Notes: generated by a model from the sequence alone, not told the origin. 52,213 nucleotides of DNA from Candidatus Woesearchaeota archaeon (GCA_964592915.1 CAZQGH010000001.1:10544-62756); one strand, 5' to 3'. Shown: positions 26,549-36,268, counted from the stretch's first letter. Translations and numbers: made by a program.

Positions 26549-26803
26549 CTACCCCACCCTATACAATCTCTCCAACCTGTCAGTATCAGGATTGTTTCTC
26601 TGTTTAACAATCCCAAGAGATTCCATAGTGTCGAGAGCTTTTTTTGCAGTTCGCCACTGAGAATTAATTTTTAAGGATATCTGTCTAACTGATAACTCAT
26701 CATGTTTTTCCAACAGCTTCTTAATATCTTCAATTATTTTGGTTATTGGTTTTCTGTTAGTATTAGTATTGGTGTTGGTGTTGGTGTTATTAGTGCTGCT
26801 CAT
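26549..26803 (-). CDS. small winged-helix DNA-binding protein with N-terminal (Thr-Asn)n tract
   Basis: SVRQISLKINSQWRTAKKALDTMESLGIVK. The TN repeat is encoded by a hexanucleotide microsatellite at 26756-26794. Confidence 0.6.
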   Translation of the reverse strand: MSSTNNTNTNTNTNTNRKPITKIIEDIKKLLEKHDELSVRQISLKINSQWRTAKKALDTMESLGIVKQRNNPDTDRLERLYRVG

Positions 26804-26925
26804 ATATGCATAATAAGACAGATAAGTTTATATACTAATATATGCATAATTATACCTATATCTAAACAATTGAAAAAAGTAACAATTAAATGAAAACTGA
26901 TTGAAAAAATTGAAAAAATTGAAAA

Positions 26926-27105
26926 ATGCCAAAATTCTGTATTAAATGCGGGGGAACAATCAGGGAAAACAGCAAAACAGACGAAGATAAATTTGTGATG
27001 GTAATAACAAAAAGAGGAAGGCAAATTGTTGAATTTGCCTGCTTTCATTTAAAATGCTGGAAACAGCATTTTAGGGATGTTGGGATTTCGAACAAAAGAA
27101 AGTAA
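26926..27105 (+). CDS. small zinc-ribbon protein (59 aa, tentative)
   Basis: The ORF is below the track cutoff: MPKFCIKCGG...FACFHLKCW (CxxC...Cx4C). Its 3' end overlaps the convergent methyltransferase gene by 35 nt. Confidence 0.35.
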   Translation: MPKFCIKCGGTIRENSKTDEDKFVMVITKRGRQIVEFACFHLKCWKQHFRDVGISNKRK

Positions 27106-27835
27106 TAGAACTATTAGTAAAATAAAAAATTTCTGGAAGAAAAAACAATCTAGGAAATTTTTCTGCTATTCTTCTCTTTAATTTTTTACCTGGAAAGTAA
27201 GGCAATAGTTTTATTTGAAATCCTGCCAACTTCACAATATTCTCCCATTTTCTAAGAGAATATAATGAAACATGAGTTTTATCCGTATTGCCATGCCATT
27301 TATCTAATCGATTAAACAATTTGAGAAAATGATAATCTATCGAACTTTTATTTGGAACTCTAAAGATGAATATTCCTCCTTTATTGAGGTGATTTTTTAT
27401 TAATTTTATAACTTTTTCTGGATTTTCTAAATGCTCAAGAACATCAAGAGCAATAACAATATCAAACTTTTTATTTCCTATAAATTCCTTTAAATCTTTT
27501 TCAACATCTCCCACCTTTAATTCAGTTCTTTTGGTTATCTTCTTTGCCTGGGTTATTGCATAATTGGATATATCCATCCCATAAGTTTCAAAGTATTTCT
27601 CTGCGTATTTTAGGATATACCCATAAGCGCATCCTATTTCTAGTAACCTCCCTGATTTTTTGGATCTTAAAATATAATTAATTATTTGTTTATTGAACAC
27701 ATGATCTTCATATGAAGCATGGCTATTTGATTTTTTTCTCAAATAATACTCCTTATTATAATTTTCTGATTTTTTTTTATTTTTAGCTCTTTCCATTTGT
27801 GTTATTATTTTATTATTTTTTCTTGGCACAAACAT
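27071..27835 (-). CDS. class I SAM-dependent methyltransferase
   Basis: LLEIGCAYGYIL (motif I) and ALDVLEHLENP. Confidence 0.8.
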   Translation of the reverse strand: MFVPRKNNKIITQMERAKNKKKSENYNKEYYLRKKSNSHASYEDHVFNKQIINYILRSKKSGRLLEIGCAYGYILKYAEKYFETYGMDISNYAITQAKKITKRTELKVGDVEKDLKEFIGNKKFDIVIALDVLEHLENPEKVIKLIKNHLNKGGIFIFRVPNKSSIDYHFLKLFNRLDKWHGNTDKTHVSLYSLRKWENIVKLAGFQIKLLPYFPGKKLKRRIAEKFPRLFFLPEIFYFTNSSITFFCSKSQHP

Positions 27836-27841
27836 CCTGGA

Positions 27842-29317
27842 CTAGGTTTTTTGTTTGCACATTACTAAAATCAATCCCTGTTTCAGACACAAAGTATAAT
27901 TACTTTGATAGTTGAATGATCCTCCTTCCCTTAGAATAATTATATCAGGGGAGTCGCATAATGTGTAATCCTGACAATAACTAAAAGTTTTATTAGGAAC
28001 AAGAAAACTCTTGATCCATAGTACACTTCTAAATCTCCTATTATCTAGCATTATAACTTTCCCTTCAGAAAAATTAGTGGCTATAAAATTTGCGACTTCT
28101 TCTAATGATTCATCGAATCCAGAATCTGTATCGAATACATTATAAACTTCATTATTCTTTAGATACTGATTTTTATTTAGGGTTCCAGAACTATAGAAGA
28201 TTAGGACAATTAATGATAAAATAATTAAGATCTTTGTTATTCTTCCAAGATTGCTATACCTCAGAAATTTGACTGAGAAAAATGAAACTAAAATTATCAA
28301 AGGGTATTCTATATACCAAAGAATTCTAATTGGCGGGATATTCAGATGAATTAAAGGTCCAAAAGATAAGATCAATAACAAAAGACATTGATAGACTATT
28401 AAGAGAAGATTTTTATCTCTTAAATTTAATTTTTTATTTAACAATCCTATAATGTAGAGAAAAATCCCCAATCCAGCGATAAGGAATAGTTCTCCATTTA
28501 AAATCAATGCAGGATATTCAGTTATACTTTTGACCTCTGAGATATGAAGGGGGTCTAAATAAATAAATGTTGCATAGAATAATTCTAATAAAAATTTATG
28601 GGAAGATAAGAATATAATAATTGCAGCTAATGAAACTGCCCCTACTATAACTATAAGGTGTTTAGGATTAGTTATTTTTATAATAAAATATGTAAGAGGC
28701 AAAATTATTATCCAAAAAGCAACAAAAAAAGAAAGTTGGTGGGTGTAATACAACGCCATTAATAGGAAAAAAAGGATTGCTATTTCTTTCTTGGAATTGT
28801 TTGGTTTTTTTTGGGCTATAACTAATAAGAGAAATATAGAAAATACTAATAAAAAATCTCCTAAAAGATTCTGATAATGATATCCTGGGAGGATTAAATA
28901 TCTTAATACTCTCCCAGAAAATAAAATAAAGATTATACCTGCAATAAAGCCAGAATTTCTATCTAATAATCGACATGTTATAAAGAGAGCTAAAAAGAGG
29001 AATATAAAACAAATAGAATTAATTAGAATAACAGAATAAACTGTTGAGATTCCACTTATCCAACTATAAATAGCTAGATTTATATGTAAAAATGGTGTAA
29101 AATAAGTTGATCCAGGTTTATTCCATTCCGAAGAATATACACTATAGTCTGGAATGCTTTGATCGTTTTGGATTATATTTGCCCACAATACAGACATGTA
29201 AGAATCTCCATTGGGGGAAAAATTGTTTTTTTCAATAAAGAATATGCAGGAGAAGATAATGGCTACTAAAACTATAATAAAAAAAACAAATCTAACAAAT
29301 TTTTTACTCATCTTCAT
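27842..29317 (-). CDS. polytopic membrane protein (GT-C-like or polymerase-like, tentative)
   Basis: 491 aa with more than 10 TM helices and a C-terminal soluble part. It overlaps the upstream GT gene by 14 nt. Confidence 0.55.
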   Translation of the reverse strand: MKMSKKFVRFVFFIIVLVAIIFSCIFFIEKNNFSPNGDSYMSVLWANIIQNDQSIPDYSVYSSEWNKPGSTYFTPFLHINLAIYSWISGISTVYSVILINSICFIFLFLALFITCRLLDRNSGFIAGIIFILFSGRVLRYLILPGYHYQNLLGDFLLVFSIFLLLVIAQKKPNNSKKEIAILFFLLMALYYTHQLSFFVAFWIIILPLTYFIIKITNPKHLIVIVGAVSLAAIIIFLSSHKFLLELFYATFIYLDPLHISEVKSITEYPALILNGELFLIAGLGIFLYIIGLLNKKLNLRDKNLLLIVYQCLLLLILSFGPLIHLNIPPIRILWYIEYPLIILVSFFSVKFLRYSNLGRITKILIILSLIVLIFYSSGTLNKNQYLKNNEVYNVFDTDSGFDESLEEVANFIATNFSEGKVIMLDNRRFRSVLWIKSFLVPNKTFSYCQDYTLCDSPDIIILREGGSFNYQSNYTLCLKQGLILVMCKQKT

Positions 29318-30356
29318 AAAGTGATTTAACTTTTCCTCTTGATCCTAAGTACTTTTTTTTATTTATCTTTATGAATTTAGTATTGCTCAAATATTCTACT
29401 ATTTTTCTCACCAATCTTTTTTTATTCCCATATTCAACTAGAAATTTTTTATCTTCAATTATGCTTCTTATTCCATCAGTCTTAGTTCCAATAACAGGAG
29501 TTCCACAAGCTAAAGATTCTAAAACAGTTAAACCAAAACCTTCAAATATAGAAGGAACAATAGTGATTTTGCATTTGTTATACCATCTTGGGAGTTCTTC
29601 ATCTGGAACAAATCCAAGAAACTCCACATTATTTTCCAATTGATTCTTTTTTACGAATTTTTCTAACTTCTTTCTTAATTTTCCTTTTCCTATTACAAAC
29701 AATTTAATGTTAGAAATTTCTTTCTTAACTAAAGGAATTGTTTTAATAAGAAAATCAATTCCTTTTCTCTTATCTAACCTTCCCACAAATAACAAACTAT
29801 TTGAAATTTTTTTTATTTCTTTAATTTTTCTAAATCTTCCAAAATCAACTCCATTCGGAATTACAGTTATTTTTGACTTAGGAATTTTGTAATAATCAAT
29901 AAGTGCCTTTTTTGTATCTTCTGATACTGCAATTATTTTATCTGCATTTTTATACATCTTTTTTTCAAATAAATATAATACATACTTCCATTTTTGAGAG
30001 AGGATATATTTTTGCTGTTGATAATAAGTATGATGAACTGTGCAAATCATTTTTGCTTTAGGTTTTTTGATGATTATAATTCCCCCAGGACCTGTATGAA
30101 AATGAACTGTAGATAGATTGTATTTTTTTATTAATTTATTAATATTTTTATTTAGATAAAAAGAAAATTGAAGATTTCTTCCAAGTTTATTTTCAGGAAA
30201 TATTTGGATATGATTCTTTAGATTATTGGAATTAGGAGAAAAAATAATAACTCTTTTATCATTCTCATAGGCTCTTTTATATAGCTCAAATAAATGTCTC
30301 CCTTGTCCTCCTTTTATTGGAAAAAAATCATCTGTGAATATTCCTATCTTTTTCAT
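29304..30356 (-). CDS. GT4-type (group 1) glycosyltransferase
   Basis: FVGRLDKRKG...PSIFEGFGLTVLESLACGTPVIGT. Confidence 0.8.
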   Translation of the reverse strand: MKKIGIFTDDFFPIKGGQGRHLFELYKRAYENDKRVIIFSPNSNNLKNHIQIFPENKLGRNLQFSFYLNKNINKLIKKYNLSTVHFHTGPGGIIIIKKPKAKMICTVHHTYYQQQKYILSQKWKYVLYLFEKKMYKNADKIIAVSEDTKKALIDYYKIPKSKITVIPNGVDFGRFRKIKEIKKISNSLLFVGRLDKRKGIDFLIKTIPLVKKEISNIKLFVIGKGKLRKKLEKFVKKNQLENNVEFLGFVPDEELPRWYNKCKITIVPSIFEGFGLTVLESLACGTPVIGTKTDGIRSIIEDKKFLVEYGNKKRLVRKIVEYLSNTKFIKINKKKYLGSRGKVKSLYEDE

Positions 30357-31411
30357 TTTAATTTTTTACTATATTCTTTTGATATTTTATTCCAGCTAAA
30401 CTTTTTATGTATTGTACCTATTACTTTTTTTGAAATTAACCTTTTAGTTTCAATTTTTTCAACAAACCTTTCAGCATTTTTCTCCTCCACCAACCACCCA
30501 GTTTCCCCATTAATAACTGCATCGCTTAATCCTTCAATATTAGATGCTATAACTGGCAAACCACAAGAGCCTGATTCTAAGGCGACAATCCCAAAACCTT
30601 CAGCATCTCCTCTTACTTTTATGTTTGGCATTATGAATAAATCTGCTGAATTGTAAAGTAATTTTAGCATTTCTTTATTAACCTTACCCAATAAGAATAC
30701 TTTTTCTTGTAATCTATTTTTTTCAATTGCCTTCTCAATATTTTCTCTTTCTTCGCCTTCACCAGCAATAAGATAAATATAATTATCTTTTAATTTAGTC
30801 ATAACATTTAGAACAAACCATTCTACTCCTTTTCTTTTTATTAATCTCCCAACTGTAAGAAGAATCTTTTTATTTTCTAATTTTAGGTTTAATTTGCTTT
30901 CTAATTTTTTTCTTAATTGTTTTTTTGGTTTATTTATAATAAACTCTTCTGGATTAATCCCATTTGGAATTACAACAATTTTTTCTTTTGGAATTCCCTT
31001 TTTAATGCATTCTTTTTTTGTATTGTTGCTAACACAAATTAATTTATCTAGTTTGGAAACTGAATAAGGAATTAAGTTTTGATAAATTTTATTTTTATAA
31101 GTGATATCTAATCCATGAATTGTTATTGCTGTTTTTACCCCAGTTAACTTTTTTATTAAATATCCTTCAAATGCAAGTAAACCATCACTTAAATGTAAAT
31201 GAGTTATTTTATTTTTCCAGATTATATATAGGGCTTTGAAAAATGAATATGGTAGAAAAAAGATTAGAAATTTATTTCCTTTTTTATTAGCAATTACAAA
31301 TGTGTTGTTTTCTCCATTAAGTTCTTTAAAATTTTTAATTAGATTATAACTTTGGTTTTCCATTCCTCCTGTTTGAGGAGGATATTTTCTTGTTAAAAAT
31401 AGTATTTTCAT
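30353..31411 (-). CDS. GT4-type (group 1) glycosyltransferase
   Basis: TGGMENQ, VGRLIKRKG and GDAEGFGIVALESGSCGLPVIASN. Confidence 0.8.
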   Translation of the reverse strand: MKILFLTRKYPPQTGGMENQSYNLIKNFKELNGENNTFVIANKKGNKFLIFFLPYSFFKALYIIWKNKITHLHLSDGLLAFEGYLIKKLTGVKTAITIHGLDITYKNKIYQNLIPYSVSKLDKLICVSNNTKKECIKKGIPKEKIVVIPNGINPEEFIINKPKKQLRKKLESKLNLKLENKKILLTVGRLIKRKGVEWFVLNVMTKLKDNYIYLIAGEGEERENIEKAIEKNRLQEKVFLLGKVNKEMLKLLYNSADLFIMPNIKVRGDAEGFGIVALESGSCGLPVIASNIEGLSDAVINGETGWLVEEKNAERFVEKIETKRLISKKVIGTIHKKFSWNKISKEYSKKLK

Positions 31412-32406
31412 CCCCCAAACTCCCCCTTCTTCAACCTATATAAAATTTCTTCCTGGTTGCGTTTGATTGTTTTCAGCATGTCGGCAATTAATGCAAGAAT
31501 AATCAATAATAAACCTAGACTAAATAAGAATGTTGATGTGTATAGCAACATTCTTACAGGAGTTGTTCGCAGGTATATAAGCCAGAAGATAAATGAAAAC
31601 AGTCCTCCGATTAAGCCGATAATTGTGAAGAAAATTCCAGGCAAGCCGAAGAAAGTAAGTGGTTGAGTATCACGAGTTGCTCTGGCAATAATGCCCAATG
31701 ATCTCATTGAGTATCTTCTTAAATTATTTGAGATAATTGATTTTCTTTTTTTATAATATTTAGTTTCAACAGGAACTTCCATGATTTTCATTCCTTTTTC
31801 AGCCAAATCAATGAAAACTTCCTGCGTATATGTAAATGAACCATACAAATTCAATCTTAATGCAGCTTCTCTTGAATATGCTCTGAATCCGCACTGAGTA
31901 TCTGTAAATCTCTTACCAGTTATTTTGCTTATCAAATTTGTAAATAATCTGTTTCCGGATTTTTTAATCTGGGGCATTCCTATTGTTTTGCTTGATTTTA
32001 AAAAACGAGAACCAGTAACCATATCAGCTTTATTTTCCATAATTGGCTTAATAAGTCTGGGAATTTCTTTAGGATTAAATTGGTTGTCTGCATCTATATT
32101 AACTATAATATCTGCTTGCAATTTCAATGCCTCATTAATCCCTCTTTTGAATGTAAATCCCAATCCTTTGTTTGTTTTGTTCTGAATAATCAAAGCTCCA
32201 GCTTGTTTTGCGATTTCAACTGTTTTATCAGTTGAGCCATCATCTATGACCAGAATTTGTATAGATGAGATGTTTGGGATTGGAGATGGGATTTCTTTTA
32301 TGACTTTTGCTATGGTATCCTGTTCATTATAAGCAGGAATCATTACAACTAGGTTTAATTTCTCATTAATTTTAGAGGTATTACTATCCCTTTTCTCTTT
32401 TGACAT
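31408..32406 (-). CDS. GT2-family glycosyltransferase with C-terminal TM helices (dolichyl-phosphate sugar synthase-like)
   Basis: VVMIPAYNEQDTI, VIDDGSTDKT and NIDADNQ, plus two C-terminal TM helices. Confidence 0.8.
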   Translation of the reverse strand: MSKEKRDSNTSKINEKLNLVVMIPAYNEQDTIAKVIKEIPSPIPNISSIQILVIDDGSTDKTVEIAKQAGALIIQNKTNKGLGFTFKRGINEALKLQADIIVNIDADNQFNPKEIPRLIKPIMENKADMVTGSRFLKSSKTIGMPQIKKSGNRLFTNLISKITGKRFTDTQCGFRAYSREAALRLNLYGSFTYTQEVFIDLAEKGMKIMEVPVETKYYKKRKSIISNNLRRYSMRSLGIIARATRDTQPLTFFGLPGIFFTIIGLIGGLFSFIFWLIYLRTTPVRMLLYTSTFLFSLGLLLIILALIADMLKTIKRNQEEILYRLKKGEFGG

Positions 32407-32523
32407 AATTATATTTGTTGTTATGGCTTTTATATTTTATTATGTTAGAATAGGCGTTATAATTATTGTTTTTGTGTTAATATTGGTTATGGTGTTGAAA
32501 AGAATGGGAAAGGTTTAAATATA

Positions 32524-32543
32524 TGTTTATACATGTATAAACA
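32524..32543. promoter_or_regulatory. perfect 20-bp palindrome (tgtttatacatgtataaaca), probable operator
   Basis: Self-complementary over all 20 nt. It lies 17 nt upstream of ATG 32560, the AbrB-NTase fusion gene. Confidence 0.7.
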
Positions 32544-32559
32544 TTAAATATGCAGATTT

Positions 32560-33333
32560 ATGAAAATGGAAACTGAAATAATCAAACAGGCATTTAAATT
32601 GGGCAATTCAGCAGGAATTGTTTTGCCTGTTGAGTGGAGAGATAAGAAAGTAGTTGTAAAACTTATTGAGAAATCTATTACTAAAGAAATAATTGATATT
32701 TTAGATGAGAGAGGTTTTCTTCAGGATGTAATGGGAATTTATCTGACAGGAAGTTATGCAAGAGGAGAAGAAAATGAAGGAAGCGATGTTGATATACTGG
32801 TAATAACAAATGGAATTGACAAGCAGATAAAAGCAGGAAAATATGAGATAGTTTTAGTTTCTAAAGAAAAAGCTGATAAATCTCTGAAAAGCAGCTTATA
32901 TTTAGCTTCTTTATTAAATGAAGCCAGAGCAATATTAAATAATTATCTGTTAGAAGAGTATAAATCAAAGATTAAGGAAATTTCATTGAAAAAGCAGATT
33001 AACAGGATTAAGTCTGCATTAAGAATTAATAATGAGGCAATTGATATTAGTGAAAAATTAGGAGAAAAGGTTGCTGATGAAACATTATATTCAGTTGTAT
33101 TAAGACTAAGAGAGCTATATTTAATTGAGTGCTTAAAAAAGAACAAGGAATATTCTAATAAAGAATTTTTAAAATTAATAAAAAAAATTGCAAGTCAGGA
33201 ATCTTATAATGCTTATCTCAGAGTAAAAAATGATTTAAAATCTAAAAAAGTTATTAGTGTTAATGAAGTTAAATCATTATTAAGTGAGTTAGAAAAAAGA
33301 ATTAAAAAATTAGAAAATGACAAAAAGAAGTAA
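32560..33333 (+). CDS. AbrB/SpoVT-like domain fused to a nucleotidyltransferase and a helical C-terminal region
   Basis: KLGNSAGIVLPVEWRDKKVVV (looped-hinge-helix type), then GSYARGEENEGSDVDILV, then a ~150-aa helical tail. Confidence 0.7.
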   Translation: MKMETEIIKQAFKLGNSAGIVLPVEWRDKKVVVKLIEKSITKEIIDILDERGFLQDVMGIYLTGSYARGEENEGSDVDILVITNGIDKQIKAGKYEIVLVSKEKADKSLKSSLYLASLLNEARAILNNYLLEEYKSKIKEISLKKQINRIKSALRINNEAIDISEKLGEKVADETLYSVVLRLRELYLIECLKKNKEYSNKEFLKLIKKIASQESYNAYLRVKNDLKSKKVISVNEVKSLLSELEKRIKKLENDKKK

Positions 33334-33580
33334 AAGACTGAGAAAAAGTATAGAAAGCCTGAAAAAAGAAATTGAAGAGCATTTTAAAAAAGCTGAAGAT
33401 GATATTAAAAATGAGGAATTTGAGATTGGGAGATATCATGTCAAGGAAATCGAAAGAAGTTTTATTAATATTTTAGGACAAAAAATTAAATTGCTTGGCA
33501 AGGAAAAAGAAAATTCAGAATTAATAGATAAATTCAGAAAAAGATTAGAAAAATTAAAAGAGAATCTGGGTGTTGAGTAA
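33317..33580 (+). CDS. small coiled-coil protein
   Basis: 87-aa Lys/Glu-rich ORF overlapping the upstream gene by 17 nt. Confidence 0.45.
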   Translation: MTKRSKRLRKSIESLKKEIEEHFKKAEDDIKNEEFEIGRYHVKEIERSFINILGQKIKLLGKEKENSELIDKFRKRLEKLKENLGVE

Positions 33581-33674
33581 TTAAATAAAAATCTGATTTT
33601 TATAGTTTATTATCTTGGCTTATATAGAATAGATTGTTATTGTTGTTCTTGTGTTGAATAGAAAAGATATAGAA

Positions 33675-34010
33675 CTAAGATTGAATTATTCTACAAATAG
33701 CATCTTCAACTTTTTTTATTTTATTCTTATTTAATCTGCCTACTTTATATAATATTATTGAGTTTCTAATTGTAAAAAGAATTGAAGGTTTGATAAAGCT
33801 TTCAACTTTCAGACCTCCTTTTTCAAAATCCTCTTTGTTTAGAGATATCTGGTATGAGTCTTCTTTATGCTCTTTTGAAGTTATCTGACATAAGATGACA
33901 TCATCTCCTTTTAAATTTGTAACAACAAGAACGGGTCTTCGGACAGATGAAGTTAAATTCGAAAAAGGAAATGGGGTGACAACAATGTCTCCTTTTACAA
34001 ATCTTTCCAT
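33675..34010 (-). CDS. mazF: MazF/PemK-family endoribonuclease toxin
   Basis: KGDIVVTPFPFSNLTSSVRRPVLVV. Confidence 0.8.
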   Translation of the reverse strand: MERFVKGDIVVTPFPFSNLTSSVRRPVLVVTNLKGDDVILCQITSKEHKEDSYQISLNKEDFEKGGLKVESFIKPSILFTIRNSIILYKVGRLNKNKIKKVEDAICRIIQS

Positions 34011-34204
34011 GCTTCATTATCCTCTTTACTTAACCAGTTTTCTGAAAGAAGTTCTTCATCTGCATATAATTCAGATTTGATTTTTTCAAGTTCTTTAATT
34101 CTTTTCTTTACACATTTTCTTACATATTCGCTCCAGCTAATTTCAGAGTATTTTTTCATTTTTTTGTAAACTGAATCATCAATTGAAAGAGTTATATTTG
34201 TCAT
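33995..34204 (-). CDS. RHH-like antitoxin of MazF
   Basis: NITLSIDDSVYKKMKKYSEISWSEYVRKCV. It overlaps the toxin gene by 16 nt. Confidence 0.65.
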   Translation of the reverse strand: MTNITLSIDDSVYKKMKKYSEISWSEYVRKCVKKRIKELEKIKSELYADEELLSENWLSKEDNEAWKDL

Positions 34205-34294
34205 GTTAGATTAAGTGAACTCACTTATTTAAATCTTTTGATTATCAGTGATATATAGAATATGCGTTGTTGTTTTTGTTGTTCTTGTGTTGCA

Positions 34295-34696
34295 TTATGA
34301 TTCTCTTATTAACTCAGAATACTCAACCCATAAATCAAATAAACTCATTAAAGTTAGAACATCAGAGGAACAAGCTGTATCAAAATTATGAGTTGAGTAT
34401 TTAACAGATTTATCAAATTTAGGTTTTGTGTCCGGAGTTGCTTCCAGGTTTAACCACCTTCCTGCTCCTGCATCAAGATTAATCTGGCTTACTAAACAGG
34501 TATTTCCACGAAAAATATAGGGTTCTGGTTTTTCAAAACCCAGCAGTTTTTTTGGTAAATCCTGCATTTCCTGATAATTTTCTCTGGTTAACTCTGATTC
34601 ATACATTTGTCTTGCAAATTCAGGATTTAATAATATTTCAAAATTATATCCTGGCTGATAAAGGTTTTGTGGCTGCCATATTATTTGATTAGACAT
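34295..34696 (-). CDS. hypothetical protein
   Basis: 133-aa ORF with no recognised motif. Confidence 0.5.
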   Translation of the reverse strand: MSNQIIWQPQNLYQPGYNFEILLNPEFARQMYESELTRENYQEMQDLPKKLLGFEKPEPYIFRGNTCLVSQINLDAGAGRWLNLEATPDTKPKFDKSVKYSTHNFDTACSSDVLTLMSLFDLWVEYSELIRES

Positions 34697-34749
34697 AGAT
34701 GATAATCAGATTTATGGCTTTTTATATTTTATTATGTTAGAGAATAGGA

Positions 34750-35175
34750 TTATATGGTTTTTTTAATCTCTCTCAGAAAAATTTCAGCATCTTTTAAAGA
34801 TAATTCAGCATCTTGTTTTTCCGGGGTATATTCTAATCCATACATCGCTTCGTGTCTTTCTGTCCTGTGAATTTCCAGAAAATTTATAACTGGTAGGGGG
34901 ATTTTGCTAGAATATTTTTCTTTTAAATAAACTGAAATTGCAAAATGGCTTTTTTCCTGAATTCCATCCTTATATAACAGGGCTCTTGCAGCATGAAACA
35001 TTGCCCTATAAGATTCAAGAATAACAAAATCAAATATCTTCAGATTTAAAGCTTTTCTGGCTTTTTCAAGTCTTTTTTCTGATACTTCCAGAGATTTTTT
35101 TGATTTTTCCGAATCAGGTTTTATTTTTCTTAATAATCTGAACTTAAAACAATCTTCAATATTTTTTATTTCCAT
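34750..35175 (-). CDS. HEPN-domain protein (MNT/HEPN module)
   Basis: Helical protein with HRTERHEAMYG. It overlaps the upstream NTase gene by 10 nt. Confidence 0.7.
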   Translation of the reverse strand: MEIKNIEDCFKFRLLRKIKPDSEKSKKSLEVSEKRLEKARKALNLKIFDFVILESYRAMFHAARALLYKDGIQEKSHFAISVYLKEKYSSKIPLPVINFLEIHRTERHEAMYGLEYTPEKQDAELSLKDAEIFLREIKKTI

Positions 35176-35717
35176 TTTGTTAATGGCAGCTCTCCGTATA
35201 GCGGAATCCCGGAATTTATTATTTCATAATAAAAAGGGTGATCTTCTTTGGATTTATTATTCCACTCACTCCAGCTAAAAAAATGTATTGTTATTTTTTT
35301 ATTTAATCTGTTCTCAAACTTGTTTAAAGTTAATTGCTTTTCCTTGCCTATAATAAGTATATCCACATCACTTTCCTCATTATCTTCTCCTTTAGCTATA
35401 GACCCGAATAGTACAATCGAGGTTATATTTACAATATTTTCTTTTAGAAAATCTACCAAGCCAGAATTTGATAATTGCTTAATGCCATATGCTATTTTTA
35501 GATGCTTATAGAACAAGCCATTGATGTTCGCTTTTAAATATCTTAAATTTGCTCTTTTTTCATCTAAGATTAATCCTTCTTTTACTAATACATCTGCATA
35601 TTTCTTTATTGCAAACGGGCTGATTTTTAATTTTTTTGCAAGTTCTCTTATATAACCTTCTTTATAGGGATTTTTCAAAAAAAATTCTGTAAATTTTATT
35701 AATTTAAATTCTTGCAT
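35166..35717 (-). CDS. wHTH-nucleotidyltransferase (MNT)
   Basis: GYIRELAKKLKISPFAIKKYADVLVKEGLI followed by FGSIAKGEDNEESDVDILII. The start is taken at the internal MQEF. Confidence 0.7.
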   Translation of the reverse strand: MQEFKLIKFTEFFLKNPYKEGYIRELAKKLKISPFAIKKYADVLVKEGLILDEKRANLRYLKANINGLFYKHLKIAYGIKQLSNSGLVDFLKENIVNITSIVLFGSIAKGEDNEESDVDILIIGKEKQLTLNKFENRLNKKITIHFFSWSEWNNKSKEDHPFYYEIINSGIPLYGELPLTKWK

Positions 35718-35825
35718 GCAATTGTTATTGATTTTTATCTTTATAAACTTATTGTTTTTATATAAAAACAATTGTTTTTGTTTTTTATCTTTATAGTTTA
35801 ATGATTAGAATATAATTAACAGAGA

Positions 35826-36192
35826 TTAGAATTTTTGTTCAAAAAAAGCAGCACACGCCTCAAGTCCAGGCAGCTGCCTGAGTTTATTGATTATTTCTTC
35901 CGGGCCTACAAACACCTCATATCTTAAGGTATAGGGAAATGCTATCCCTCCTCCATCTTCTGGCTTTTTCTAAATTTTTCACAGCTTCCTGGTTTTTTTC
36001 CTGATTAATGTTTTCAATTGCAGAATTAACTTCTTTTTCTCTTATTTCCAGAGCAAGCTGAACTTTATTTCCTGAGAAAAACATTTTAATATTATCTGTA
36101 AAACGATTAAATTCAGAATAAGACTGAGCCTGAACTAGGGAGAATAGTAAGAATAAGCCTATAAGTAGTGCTACTAATAACCTCTTTTTCAT
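35826..36192 (-). pseudogene. secreted protein gene frameshifted at an A5 run
   Basis: Signal peptide plus coiled-coil ORF starting at ATG 36192. Removing one A from the run at 35965-35969 opens a stop-free 48-codon extension (PEDGGGIAFPYTLRYEVFVGPEEIINKLRQLPGLEACAAFFEQKF) ending at 35826. The span is 367 nt, which is 3n+1. Confidence 0.5.
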
Positions 36193-36268
36193 GTTAATAA
36201 AAATCAATAATCGTATTAAAATTTTTGGTTTTTACATTGTTAACTTATTTAGCTTACTGCCTTATAAT

